Shown: piece by piece, positions 51,048 to 63,477 of the stretch
How the letters are laid out: each line of letters begins with the position of its first letter
Position numbering within the stretch: the first letter of the stretch is position 1
NCBI RefSeq assembly: GCF_963853765.1
Contig: NC_088855.1
Span: forward strand, 51,646,001-51,710,000
Length of the DNA stretch: 64,000 nt
Direction: 5' to 3'
From: Magallana gigas
Lineage: Eukaryota
Notes under the pieces: generated by a model
What the model saw: the letters and a program-made list of their open reading frames with translations, nothing else
What the model was told of the DNA's origin: nothing
The model's database searches: none
Made by a program: the position numbers and the translations under genes

Positions 51048-51261
51048 CGATATAGTAGTGAATAATGAGTTTCTCGAGCAGCATATGCTGTTAAGTGTTT
51101 GTACAACACAACAGAGTCAGAGGTTGTCACGGTCATGTTGTACAATAGAGTACTTGTACAACCGGACCAGTGTGCAATTCACGCATTTACTGCTGTTCTA
51201 GTATCAATGTTAGAACATTTACTGCACCAATCTATATAAGAACAAAAAAGAAACTGAACAG
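51048..51261 (-). pseudogene. B-type domain exon pseudogene
   Basis: MKISVQFLFCSYIDWCSKCSN...AVNA*IAHWSGCT...SDSVVLY: one nonsense codon plus frameshifts around the CC motif; donor ATC G|GTAGAG retained. Confidence 0.8.
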
Positions 51262-52287
51262 AAATTTTCATATGTTTGTCCTTACACACTTACACAAAGT
51301 CAAAGTAAATATATTGAAATTTAGTTATATAAATTGCACATATTTACGTTAGAGCTGACAAGGATTACATGTTATTAAACCGGTTTGTTTTTTTTTTCAA
51401 AAATATTTGCAGATAACGTGCAGCAAACCATATAATACATCTGTCCTTGAATACATTAGGTTTTATTATCTGTATATCGGGTTTGTAGAAAGATAGAAAC
51501 CTCACTTTGTATAGACTCACAAAACGTATTATACTTTTGTGCTATTTGATGCTTCTTTACAAACATTGAGGTAACTGAGAGATCAGTTAAACTTGACTTT
51601 CAGCAATATCTGAAAGCGCGTACTGATCTGTTTTCAGTGTGCAAATGAAACGAGTTGGATCATACTACATTTAATTTGCGGAACCTTGGAAAAGTTTCAC
51701 ATTTCGTGTTTATCTGTCGAAATATGTAATGAGCTTGACAAAAATAGAATACAGACTGACACACACTGACACTGACGGATTAGTTGTTTTATTGCTTTTT
51801 GTATCATTGTATGCTACGGTACGTCCAGATAATTTGGTTTGGTTTGTAGACGTCTAACTCCCACCAGCATCCGGCTTTTTGATATTTGTTACTTTTCCGA
51901 GCGTTTAATTGAGATAATTCTCAGTTAACCTGATTTTTTTCTTCAGGGTATCTCCCTCTTCAGAATACTACATCAGAATTGACGTTTATAGTTTATTTAC
52001 AGTTTGAAAACCACATACGCAACACACAGTACATCCTTTATAAAATCAACGTGAACTAGCCGCATTTACACAAAAAAAAACTTACTCACACACACTCACG
52101 CACTTACATGTGTGAAACCTACATTCAAACGAAAACCCCATTGCCCGTGCGGTGCAATCAATCGTAAAGAAATACCCATATGTTCATATTGAGCTATATT
52201 ATGCAAATAGAGTCCTTATCATGTAACACATGTATGTATCTGTAATATCCCGCTACACCTGTTACAATTCTGTTATCTTTATGATTG

Positions 52288-52288
<1 letters not shown>

Positions 52289-52363
<75 letters not shown>
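52289..52363. repeat. (TCTA)n microsatellite, about 18 units
   Basis: Read directly. Confidence 0.95.
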
Positions 52364-52959
52364 GCTGTCATTTTCATTCAGATGTATGCTCAATGAAAAT
52401 ATGATAACAAATTCGGCGTTCGCAATTTATTATTCCCGTAATTTAATGCAAAGCTATTGAATCGCGGAATTTAGTGAACTGATGAATGGGTGGATTTATC
52501 CATGGACGAATGGAAAGGGGAGTGATAAATGAGTAGATGGGTGTACAGAATTAATTATGTTTCCATTTTGATAGATATTGATTTACAAGGGTCGGACTAA
52601 ATTAAGATGATGAACCCATGGTTTGCTTTTGCCCTTTTAAAGAGAAAGGTGTCGACTTTCATACGCAGAACACAAACTTATTCAATTGCATCTCAAAAAT
52701 ATTTAATCTTTTTTCAAATGAACACAGGTTTGAGCCCTAGACATTTTATTTTTAATCGATTTTAGGTACTTTAATTACAATTGTATATTTTAAATTCAGT
52801 ATTTAAACATTTAACATGCTTAACGACTCACGAATAAAAATAGTACTTCCAATTCAACAAATATATAGTCAATAAACAGGTTTTTGAAATTTTCTCATAG
52901 CATAAATATATCCAAAAAGGAACAGTCTCTCAATGTTTCCATAACTGTTATCCTTCAAA

Positions 52960-53661
52960 TCAGTATGACAAGTAAGAGAGGATAACTGCAGAGAAAAATG
53001 AGAACAAAATGACAGCCTCAGTAATGTTGTGATAAGAATGCGTATTGTTCTTAAATTTGTTCATTTGTGTGTTGTTGTTGGTCCCAGGATCAATGACTGT
53101 TGAGTACTGATCTAAAAAATTAGAAAGTTGACAATAAAATAAAACATTACATATTTTTTATCAAATGAAGATTATTGATAATTGATAATAATTTCATTTG
53201 TCATATTTTGTTAATTTTTTGTAAAAAAAAAAAGTTAGATTTGAAATTGAGACCATAACGCCACATTCATACTTTTCCGCGATACTTAAAATGTCTCATA
53301 TTTTTAGGCCTTGTTCAAGCTTTTCAGTAACATTACGTTGTACAATTATTTTCAAAATGGGAACAGAAAATATTTCTACATATTCTTTTTTTCAGAATTG
53401 AATTAATAAGTGTATTTTAGGAGTTGCTTACCAATGATGTAGTGGATTGTAAGATTTCCCGAGCAGCAGGACTCTGAATTTCTGTACAATACAACAGAGT
53501 CTGAGTTTGTCACGGCCATGTTGTGCTGTATTGTATCTGTACAACCGGACCAGTCTACAGTTGACACATTCACTGCTGTCTCAATTTGGACGTTAGAACA
53601 CGAACTGCACCAATTCACGTAAGAGCAAAGAAGAAATTGAATGCTCAATGCCATTAGTTGT
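52960..53661 (-). CDS. Locus B7: 6-Cys ectodomain, short stalk and terminal hydrophobic segment with no tail (124 aa from the exon ATG)
   Basis: Domain exon ends at 53432 and splices in phase 1 to 53111-52960 (DQYSTVIDPG...HNITEAVILFSFFSAVILSYLSY*). Confidence 0.78.
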
Positions 53662-55694
53662 CTACGAGTTTAAAAAAGCCAAAATTAAAACCACCAGCTG
53701 TCAGTTCGTTTTCATGATATCTAACTGAATTAAGACAAAGCAGTTTAATTAAAATATCAACAATCCAGGAAGGAATGCATTAACAGGACATGATAACTTC
53801 ATTTTCCTTAACTCAACATAGAACTGAATGTTCATTAGAAGTAATTAAACACGCCTGTTATATTGTATCAACATTGTACAGACGACTTAATGTGGAGTAT
53901 TTTCGTCTTCGAATAAAAGAACCTATCCACACCCAGTGACAGTTCGTCATGGCTATAGAATTGCATTGGAAGATATTGATAATGTTGACAAACTTAGTAG
54001 GGTTGTAATTATTAGAATACTGGATCTCTAGGTCCGCGTTCAAACACGAAAGTGCATTTTTAAGATTAAGGACGTTCCCAAACATTTTTCAGTACAAGTA
54101 CTAGAGTATCATATCTACTAAAATATCAACTGTTTGTGCGTGTTTGAATTTTTTTTCCAAAGATGTGGATAAAAACAAAACAAGAACCAGATTAAAACAG
54201 ACTAAGGAAAACAGTCGGATTGCAAAATTTTTTAGGGTTACTGTTCGAATAAAGATAAAATCTCAGTGGCGGAGAAGCTAATGGAGCACAAACTGAAGAA
54301 TTATTAAGTTAAAAGAAAAGTTGTTGCCTTGTTTTTTGTAGAGCCGTTTAAAAGGTTACGGAAGTATTGTTTGTAACCAACAACGTCTTTATACGATATA
54401 TTTTTAAATACTTTAAAATCAAAGTGAATCTAGGAATTACTGAAAGGCTTAATGAAATCATTGAGCGATTTGTTTAGTGAACGAAAACAATCATTGAAAA
54501 AGGTAATTGATTGAACATCTTTATCAATATCCTAATGACAAGCTGGCCATTCCACGGGCTATTTCAAAATCTCTCAAGCAGCTTAAGAACAGTTATATCT
54601 GCACTCTCACAATTACTCGTAACAACGCATTTACCAATCTGTAAAAATTTATCTTGGGTCCAAAGCATACCTTAGAGGTTTTCTGCAGCAAATTGATAAT
54701 TGGCGGGGAACACTTTAGCTTTAAATTTCCAATCCCTTCCTGTCGAAGCATTTTTACGAACCAACGTTATATTTCGTAACGATTGTGCAGTTTGATTATA
54801 AAGAAACAATCTAACCAAACTTCATTTTTCAATTAATGCATAGCTGGTAGGTTAAATATGGAAAAAGTTATTTTTTTTATTACTTAGCCATTTACAAGTA
54901 AAAAGCGATGGCTTTGACAATATCTGTTGTAAACTTTAAAATTGTATGAACATGTCTTCTTTTCTTTAAATTTAAAAGGTAAATATTGTTTTACATTTTC
55001 ATAACGTTGACGCAGATGATCGAAGGAATCCGACAATATACTTTTATAATGCATAGTAAACTATTCCACCTGTGCGAAAAAATGTATTATTTTTGTGTCA
55101 TAGAAACATTATAAAAAAGACGAAATACTAGATGATTTGATAATGACTAGTATATCTTGTTGTTGAAATGAATCTATTAGAGATTTGTTCAGTCTAACTG
55201 GTGAAAGTAAGATTTTACAAGTATATTTTAAGGATATAAAAGGAGAAAATTGTTTATTGCTAAATTTTGCACATACAAAAAAAGAGTAAATTTTGGATTG
55301 CAAATGATAATTGTACGAATAAATTACCTCACTTTCTTAGGAAACGATATGCACAGATTTAACGCAAAATGACATTATATTTCAGAGGGTTATTCCATTT
55401 TTATTCTTCTATTTTTTCATTTCATTTTTATTAACATTTCTAGGAAACAGTAACAAAACACTCACAATAACTTAAGAAAAGGGATTAATCATTATACAAC
55501 TGATATAATGAGGTCATGTTTACATTAGACGTTCGGGAAAAGGTGCACATTTAGTCACAATATAAGCATTATTCTGGGTTGAACAAATTCTTCCTTAAAA
55601 TAGAATATTTCACTGCTTATCTAAATAATATTATTATACTTTCATTTTAAATACTGAAATTTGATTGGTTTAGACGCAGTTGGCAATCCGTTCT

Positions 55695-55975
55695 ATAACC
55701 CTAAGCGTTAGCAACTTACTTGGCAACGGGTAACACAACAAATTGTTACATGCACGTAAATTATGCCCGTACGATTTGCCGTAGAATTCACTTCATTTCT
55801 ATATAAAAGCAGTAAAATTTTCTTTAAAATTAAGACATTCTGTATAAAAAAAAAATAGTGCCTGTTTGGAAGGGTAACTGTTAAAATTGACACCCCTCGA
55901 AAACCATTGTCAACCTCCGCTTCGCATCGGGGATTTCAACAGTTACGCTCCCAAACAGGCACTATTTATATAATG
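55695..55975 (-). mobile_element. Helentron/HINE-like non-autonomous element with a long terminal hairpin, internally deleted, inverted relative to the copies at 62.9-63.5 kb
   Basis: atagtgcctgtttggaagggtaac...aaccattgtcaacctccgcttcgc...ctcccaaacaggcactat plus a body matching 63100-63260 in reverse complement. Confidence 0.72.
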
Positions 55976-55989
55976 ATAGGGGTTATCTT

Positions 55990-57318
55990 TAAAAAGAATT
56001 TCTTTACATCTAAATCTACATTGTGTTTAGCATAATTTAATATAATCAGCTAATGTCGAACCAGGTTTATTGTTGTTTGATCTAATGCAAGTTGTGGATC
56101 AAAGGTCATTGGTATACCAGTATCCTTCAGAAATGTTCACATATAAATCTTAGTCTTGCGTCATAGAAATATTCACATATGACGCATCATCTGACAATAC
56201 ACTCTTTGTTTTGATGGCATTGTTTTAATCAAATGTAAAATTCGGATATTCAACCATCTTACTGTTGCTTTCTTTTAGCCAAGTTGTAGGTCGAAGGTCA
56301 TTAGTATCTAAGTATCCTTCAATGGTGTTCTCATATGAATCCTCGTCTTGCATCATAGGTGAAATGCCAACGTATATATCATCATCTGACAAAATATTAT
56401 TTGTTTAGTTGTCATTAGTCTTAATGGAATCTGCTCGTCGGAATGTAAAAATCTTCTCAGATATTGAACCATCTTACTGTTGCCTTCTTTTAGGGCTTTG
56501 AATCTACAAAGTTTATCAAAATCCGATCTTAGTGAACACCCAAATGACATTTGATTCACGCATTTTTGTTGAGAAAAAGACATCGAGATTTCTTTTAATC
56601 AACATCTATTAGTTTTTTTCTTCGTCTCACAGAACAGACCACAATAGTAACAATGGTGGTGAAAAATAGAAATCCGCTGATGCCTCCTAGTCCTAAGAGG
56701 AGATAATCTGGAAGGTGTATGGTGCCCGCCACATCTGTTTGGATATCTGGGATACTTATTAAGTCGTTCTCACCAATGATTCATTCTTGATATCTTCCCG
56801 ACATAACTCTTAATTTATCATTCAGGAAACTGATTTTTTTGGTTTCTTATGCAAATCCTATTTTGACATTTTGATATATTATTTAAGGAGGCTCGGTGTT
56901 CAACAGAATAACCATCAGATCTACCTAAATTTTTCAGAAATTTGTTGAGCTATATATTTATATTAAGCACAGAAAAATCCGCACATCTCACCTTTTGAGT
57001 TTGCGAATTTTTCTACATTTTTAGAATTTTTCTTTTGAGAAAGATCAATACAGCATAAAAATAGCCACGACCACCGAACCCTCATAATTATTAGTACTAT
57101 CAACATAATGTAATACCTGTGACGTTTGAAACAATCCTTAAAGTACCCTCACAATACCGACTTTGGCCTTGTTTGTTGTCAAATGGACTCTTAAATCGTG
57201 TGAGAAAAAAATCATTCTGAAAGAATTATTATCACCATGGCGTGCTACGTTTAACACACAACATTTTTCACACGAGTTTACACTTTTCAGTCGATATCTT
57301 TGCTTTGTTTAGCAATTT
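55990..57318 (-). pseudogene. Locus A3: A-type receptor pseudogene with a tandemly repeated Tyr-rich tail
   Basis: Exon 57318-57117 (..DID[C, 1-nt deletion]KSVNSCEKCC...GQSRYCEGTLRIVSNVTG|GT). Then TM YLLLGLGGISGFLFFTTIVTIVVCSV followed by RRRKK at about 56612-56710. Then ~190-215 bp repeats encoding IYVGI, SYENT, GYLDT, SYVNI, LYVNI, DYIKL, with stops and frameshifts. Confidence 0.65.
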
Positions 57319-58116
57319 CTAAAGCAGGTTTGTTACAAAATTTAAAAAAACCCATTTTATATATCAGGAAATTTGCATTTTTTGCATAATAATAAAAGTA
57401 TATATTAATGAAATATATAATATTGTGTTTCGTTGTATTTAAATCCTTTTCAAAGAAAATATCAATGTACAATATGCTTATGTTTTAAGGTTTGTGTGTG
57501 GATGATTAATTTAATGTAATCAATAATAGTGATGTTTTTTTAATTTAATTTGATGTTTTGTCCTGTTTCAAAATGCACAAAATGAAAATGTAGCATTTAT
57601 TGACATTAGAATGTATACACAAACATAAAGAATTTATAAATAAGTACCTCATAAAACATTCACACGGGTAATTGTAATATAAACAATGTTGGTATATGGA
57701 TCGTTTTGAACGTTGCAATATCTGTTTTAATTAGCTTAATTGGTATCGTGTACATTTTGCACAAATGCATAATTTGTCGCTCTTAATTACCCAATTAACA
57801 TATAGTAACTTCGTGGTACATGTACATGACTAAGAACCTCTTATACACCAATGCTATTTTAATTTCTAAAATCAATTTTTTCAAGAGCATAGATTGGATT
57901 TTTCAAAATATTATCCATCACTAAGCTATGCAAAGATACATATGTTACAACATAAGTTTGGACATCCATTTTATGATGTCACACACCTTTTAAGTCCATA
58001 TAATATTCTGGGGAGTGAATATTAAATTACTTTAGGCGAGAACAATACATGAAGCGCTCTTTTAAGATTAGTAAGTGTTGTTAACATTTTGAGTTAATAT
58101 GACTGTTAATTTCATA

Positions 58117-60154
58117 TCAGCGTAATTGACACGCGGTAATGTTAAAACGTGGGGTACGTCTCAGACTTGAAAAGCCAAGGGCAAAAAAGATGATGGCACT
58201 GACACATGACAATATAATAATAGCAGCAATCAGAGTGTTAGAGTAAGCTTTAGTCTTATTTTTCTCCAACTGGTCAGTTTGCGTGGTGTTCTGGGCTCTG
58301 CTATAGACTCCAGTGGCCGTCACAGTATTTGAGGGACTTTTTTTCGTCATATTTAAAGTCTGTGAAGTCATTCCATTCCCTAAAAAGAGAAAAGATTCAC
58401 TATACCACTACACGGAATGTGTACCTTTTACTTTATGTTCAATAAAAATTCACAAAAGAACGAAATAATGATCAAATTAATCGTTTTTTGTTTTAGATTA
58501 TAAAACATCAAAAAATAATTTCTTCCAAAAATTAAAATTTTAATCATAAACAATTTTGATTGAATAATTGATCTTTTCATAATATTTTAAACGCTCCGGG
58601 TTTTTTTCTTGGTAATTTTTATGAATCGAATCTTTTCTAAATCTCGGCGCCACAAGAAAATCCAACTTTTTTATCGACGACAACTGAACTGTTTGAATGT
58701 CTCAAGGTTAAAACTTTTGGTTACATATACATGTAAGGGTATCTTTGCGAAAACAAAAAAACAAGAAGACGCCAATTTTAGAACAATAAATAAATGTCTT
58801 TTATAATATTTTAGACGTAAAAAATGTACAATTCATTTCATTATTTTAAACTTTGAAGAAAAAGCCGGACATGGGCACGACAACTCATAGTTCTTTTAAG
58901 TTGCAGAGATCTGGAATCAATTTAGAATCATTCAAGTTAACACTATTTGTCTTTGGAATTTATCTGGGACAATGATCAATGTTTGGTTGAAAAAAATATT
59001 GAAACTAAATCTTTAATTTTTTATACTATTGGTTTATGCCACTTATGTGAACAAATGTTGTCTTTACGAGCAATGCCTTGGGGTTTTATTGCATTAAATG
59101 GTTATTTAGGAACGTTAAAGGTCCAGTGCGACTTATCTTTAATCATTTTTCATTTCTCCTATCTCCGCAATGTGAAGATTTCCACTACGTAATTTGGGAG
59201 TAATATATGATACTCTTCTATCAGGATAAAAAGATTTTAGGAAAAATACGTTAACATTTATTTATAAGTGTTTAATTGACAGTTTGACATTTGCTATGAT
59301 AAGGAAAATTTAAAGTAGTCTACAAAATATCCTACTTATCAATAATAATTTACTCACAAATAGATGCCATTAAAAATAAGCTTTGGAGCTTTCATGGGTT
59401 ATTTTGTTACGATATTTATTATGTCTTTTTCAAATAAAACTCGTGTTTGTATGTTTAAAATTATGATAACATGATACAACAATAGACTATCTATCTATAC
59501 TATATAAAAAATAAGTCTGGTAATATACTCTGAATTTATTGGCTTAAATAGGTTTAAATGCAAATAAAGAAGAATACATTTTAATGGTAATTTATCTAAA
59601 ATTTATTTATATTTCATTAGTTGTTTCTATTTAATCTTTTCAATGTGTTCTTGAAAAGTAATTGGCTAAGAACTACAATGCCCGTTCACGTTAAGTTTTT
59701 ATTTTGTAGAAAATGTTATTTCAATAAGGAGTAATCGGATGGTTTTGTCGGTTGTCATATTTTCAAAATGTGAAAAGCTTATTCAAAACTTCCTTTTATC
59801 TATTTTTTTCTTCATAAAACCATGCTAGATAAACAAAAACTTTATTAAGAACAATGCTCAAAAATATTCATATTCTTATATTAATCATATATAAATATCA
59901 ACAAAACTAATACAATTACCGATATAGTAGTGGATTGTAAGATTTCCCGAGCAGCAGGTCTTAGAATTTCTGTACAACACAACAGAGTCTGAGTTTTTCA
60001 CGGTCGTGTTGAACTTTCGTGTATCTGTACAACCGGACCAGTCTACAGTTAACACATTCACTGCTGTATCGATTCGGACGTTAGAACATGTATTGCAGCC
60101 ATTTACGAAAGAGCAAAGAAGCTTTTGAATGCTCAATTCCATTATATGTAAATG
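58117..60154 (-). CDS. Locus B8: 6-Cys ectodomain, Thr-rich stalk, TM and ~17 aa tail (161 aa from the exon ATG)
   Basis: Domain exon ends at 59920 and splices in phase 1 to 58379-58117 (GNGMTSQT...YSNTLIAAIIILSCVSAIIFFALGFSSLRRTPRFNITACQLR*). Confidence 0.8.
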
Positions 60155-60636
60155 CTAGTAAAACAACAGCACTTAAGAACAAACAACAATGTAGAAACTA
60201 TAATTTGAAAATGTTTCAAAACCCTGCTTGATGATTCTGAAGCATTGAAATATTTCTATGTTCCCGGAAGATACTAGGCAGAATCAGGATATAATCAATA
60301 AATGTGAATAAACACTCGTGATATTTTGAACTGTCCTTGATGAATGTCATTTATTATTTTCACATTTTTCTTTCTAATTGCAGGTATTGGCTTAGACCTC
60401 TTATCTACGAAGGCCGATAGCGGCCGCCACTCTAACGTTTTGTGTATAATGTGTACAACGTTTCGACTTAAACTCACTGACACATTACACCTAAAAGTAA
60501 AAGTGTACAAATTGTAGTGCCATTGCAAAATACCAAGTACACTGTTTGCACTTCAACACGTAATTCTATGGATGATGATGGAACAATGTTTTGTTTTCTC
60601 TTCCAAAGGCCTGTCCTTTGATAAACAGTTGTCTAG

Positions 60637-62845
60637 TATTATTATTAAACACTTATAGAGCGCCCTATATATAAAACTCTAAGGCGCTGTACAACATAAA
60701 AAGTAAAACAATATAGATCACAGTCTATTTAAAGATCATAAGCTTTTTTAAAAAGAAAAGTTTTCAGTTTTTTCTTAAAAATTCTTAACGAATCACATTT
60801 TCTTAAAAACGGAGGAAGGGAGTTCCAAAGGGTAGACGCTGCTTTGTCAAATCGTCTATTACCATAGAAAACTGTTCTTGTTGATGGTACAGCTAAAAGA
60901 TTAGACGATTCTGAGCGTAGGCTGCGCGGTGGTACGTACGGGCGAACTAGATCTTTAATATAAGTTGGTGATTCACCGTGGAGCGCCTTGTATGTATAAA
61001 CAAGGGTCTTAAATTCACACCGGAATTCAACAGGCAGCCAATGCAGTTGGATTAAAACGGGACTTATATGGTCAAATTTTGAATTTGATAATGTTATGAG
61101 CCTTGCTGCGGTGTTGTGCACGTGTTGAAGCTTGTTCGTGAGTTGTTTGTTGGTCCCGACAAGCAAGGCATTCCCATAATCAAAGCGAGATGTCACAAGC
61201 GCATTAACAAGCGTTTTGCATGCTTCTTCGGTTATGTAATTTCTAATGCGTCCGATGTTTCTTAGATGGAAGTAACATGACTTATATAGTTCATTGCAAT
61301 GATTTTCCATTGTTAATGACGTATCAAAGTATGTTCCAAGATTCCTAACAAAGGGGGTATTATGGATGGTGTTGTTTCCAAATGAACGACTAAGACCTTC
61401 AATATCAGCTAATCTGTTCTTAGGTGCGAATACCATTAGTTCCGGTTTTTTTCCTGGTTCAATTTCAGCAAGTTTGCGTTCATCCAGTTTTGAATATCGT
61501 TGAGGCATGTAGTTAGACGATTGGAGATGTCGTTCCAATTATCACGGGGTTCGACCATGATGTAGATCTGTGTGTCGTCTGCATAGCAATGATAGTTCAT
61601 GTTGTTTCTGTGACAAATTTCACCGATTAGTTTCGCATACATACAGTAGATCTTGGGGCCGAGTACCGAACCCTGGGGTACACCAATCCTGAGAAACTTT
61701 GGTTCCGATAAAGTTGAACCAATCGAGACGCGTTGTGACCTATCACCCAGATACGACTGTAGCCACCGGAGGGCCGAGCCAGCTATTCCGTAAGAGTACT
61801 CGAGTCGACGAAAAAGTATATCGTGGTCAATGACATCGAACGCCGCAGATAAATCAAGCATCAGTAGTACAGCACAACATCCTTTGTCAAGGGAAACCGC
61901 AATGTCGTGATGGACTCTTAGAAGGGCAGTTTCTGTGGAATGAGCCGCGCGATAAGCAGATTGCAGATTATCATGTAGAGTGTTTGAACTGATGTGATCT
62001 TCGATCCTCTTTGCAACAACTTTCTCGATGATTTTAGAAATGAACGATAGGTTTGAAACTGGCCTATAGTTTTTCAGACACTCTTTATCGAGCGACGGTT
62101 TCTTAAGAAGCGGCTTAACGATTGCTTGTTTAAAGTCATCTGGAAAAACAACTTCGGCTAGTGATTGGTTGACGAGACACGTTATAATTTGTAGCACATT
62201 TTCGATGCAAGATTTCAGGATTTTCGTAGGCATCGGGTCCAATTCGCAGGACTTTGAGGCTGTTTTCAACAAAATTTTCGAAACTTCTTCGGTAGAAATA
62301 CTTAAAAATTCAAGAAGCGGGGTTCCCGTAAACATTCTGTCTGCCCATAGCACATTTAAATGATTGTTAATATGGTTTTTCTGTTGCAAAAGCTTCGTTC
62401 GAATTCCGAGAATTTTCGCTTCAAAAAATTCAGCAAAACTGACAGATTTGATTCGTTGTCACAGTCTGGTAAGACAATTTCGGATTTATTTCCGGTCAGA
62501 TTTTTAGTTATGCGGAATAACTGTTTTGTATCATTCTGGACTCTATGATTTTAGAGGAGAAGTATTCTTTTTTGCTTTGCATTAGTAAAGCGCTGTACTG
62601 TAAACACTTGTCTATGAACATTTGTTTATGCACCTCCAAACGAGTCTCCACGTCCGCTCTGCCTTGCGCTTTTCCCTTTTTGTTTGCAGCAATTCCGTCG
62701 AGTACCATTGCGTGTTTGGTCGCAAAATAAACTCCTTGGTACGAATGGGGGCGTGTTTGTCAATGGCATCTCGGACACAATCGTTGTAAATATTCACCAG
62801 GTCGTTTACAGGTGATGTACGTAATACGTCTACGTGCTGCATGGG
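60637..62845 (-). mobile_element. 5'-truncated, frameshifted L2/CR1-group LINE (RT plus 3' end)
   Basis: NYRPVSNLSFISK, QSAYR..HSTETALL, LDLSAAFD, GVPQGSVLGP, YADDTQIY, RFDYGNALL, LHWLPV. 3' stem-loop cagcgccttaga...tagggcgct and a (TAA)n tail. Endonuclease absent. Confidence 0.9.
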
Positions 62846-62929
62846 GTGTAAAAATATTTGTATTTAATTCTGTCCCAAATAAAATAAAAAATTACAACTC
62901 ACTTAATCTTTAAATAACATACAAATATA

Positions 62930-63475
62930 TAAATAGTGCCTGTATGGGAGGGTAACAGTTGAAATTGACACCCCGAGAAAACCATTGTCAACCGACGCGA
63001 AGCGGAGGTTGACAATGGTTTTCTCATTTGAAATTGACAATGGTTTTCTCGGGGTGTCAATTTCAACTGTTATCCTCCCAAACAGGCACTATTTATTTTG
63101 TTATACTGAATGTCTTAATTTTAAAGAAAACATCACTGCTTTTAGATAGGAATAACGTGAATTCTAAGGCGAACCGTACGCGCATGATTTTTGCGCATGT
63201 AACAATTCGTAATGTTACCCGTTGCTAAGTGCGTTGCTAACGCTGAGGGTAATAGTATATAAATAGTGCCTGTTTGGGAGGGTAACAGTTGAAATTGACA
63301 CCCCGAGAAAAGCATTGTCAACCGACGCGAAGTCTTAATTTTAAAGAAAATTTTACTGCTTTTATATAGGAATAAGGTGAATTCTACAGCGAACCGTATG
63401 CGCATAATTTTCGCGCGTGTAACATTTTTTAATGTTACCCGTTGCTAAGTGCGTTGCTAACGCTGAGGGTAATAT
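62930..63475 (+). mobile_element. Two tandem Helentron/HINE-like elements: the first with a ~60 bp-arm hairpin, the second internally deleted
   Basis: Arm atagtgcctg..gagggtaacagttgaaattgacaccccgagaaaaccattgtcaacc, loop gacgcgaagcgga, then the reverse-complement arm. The unit restarts at about 63260 and both end gttgctaacgctgagggtaata. Confidence 0.75.
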
Positions 63476-63477
63476 AA

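Noticed and set aside
52230-52460. ORF with YLSI repeats
   Set aside because: Translation of the (TCTA)n microsatellite.
53858-54085. ORF with IRRRKYSTL resembling a juxtamembrane segment plus Tyr motif
   Set aside because: No adequate TM helix in frame and no linked domain exon; at most an unrecognisable relic.
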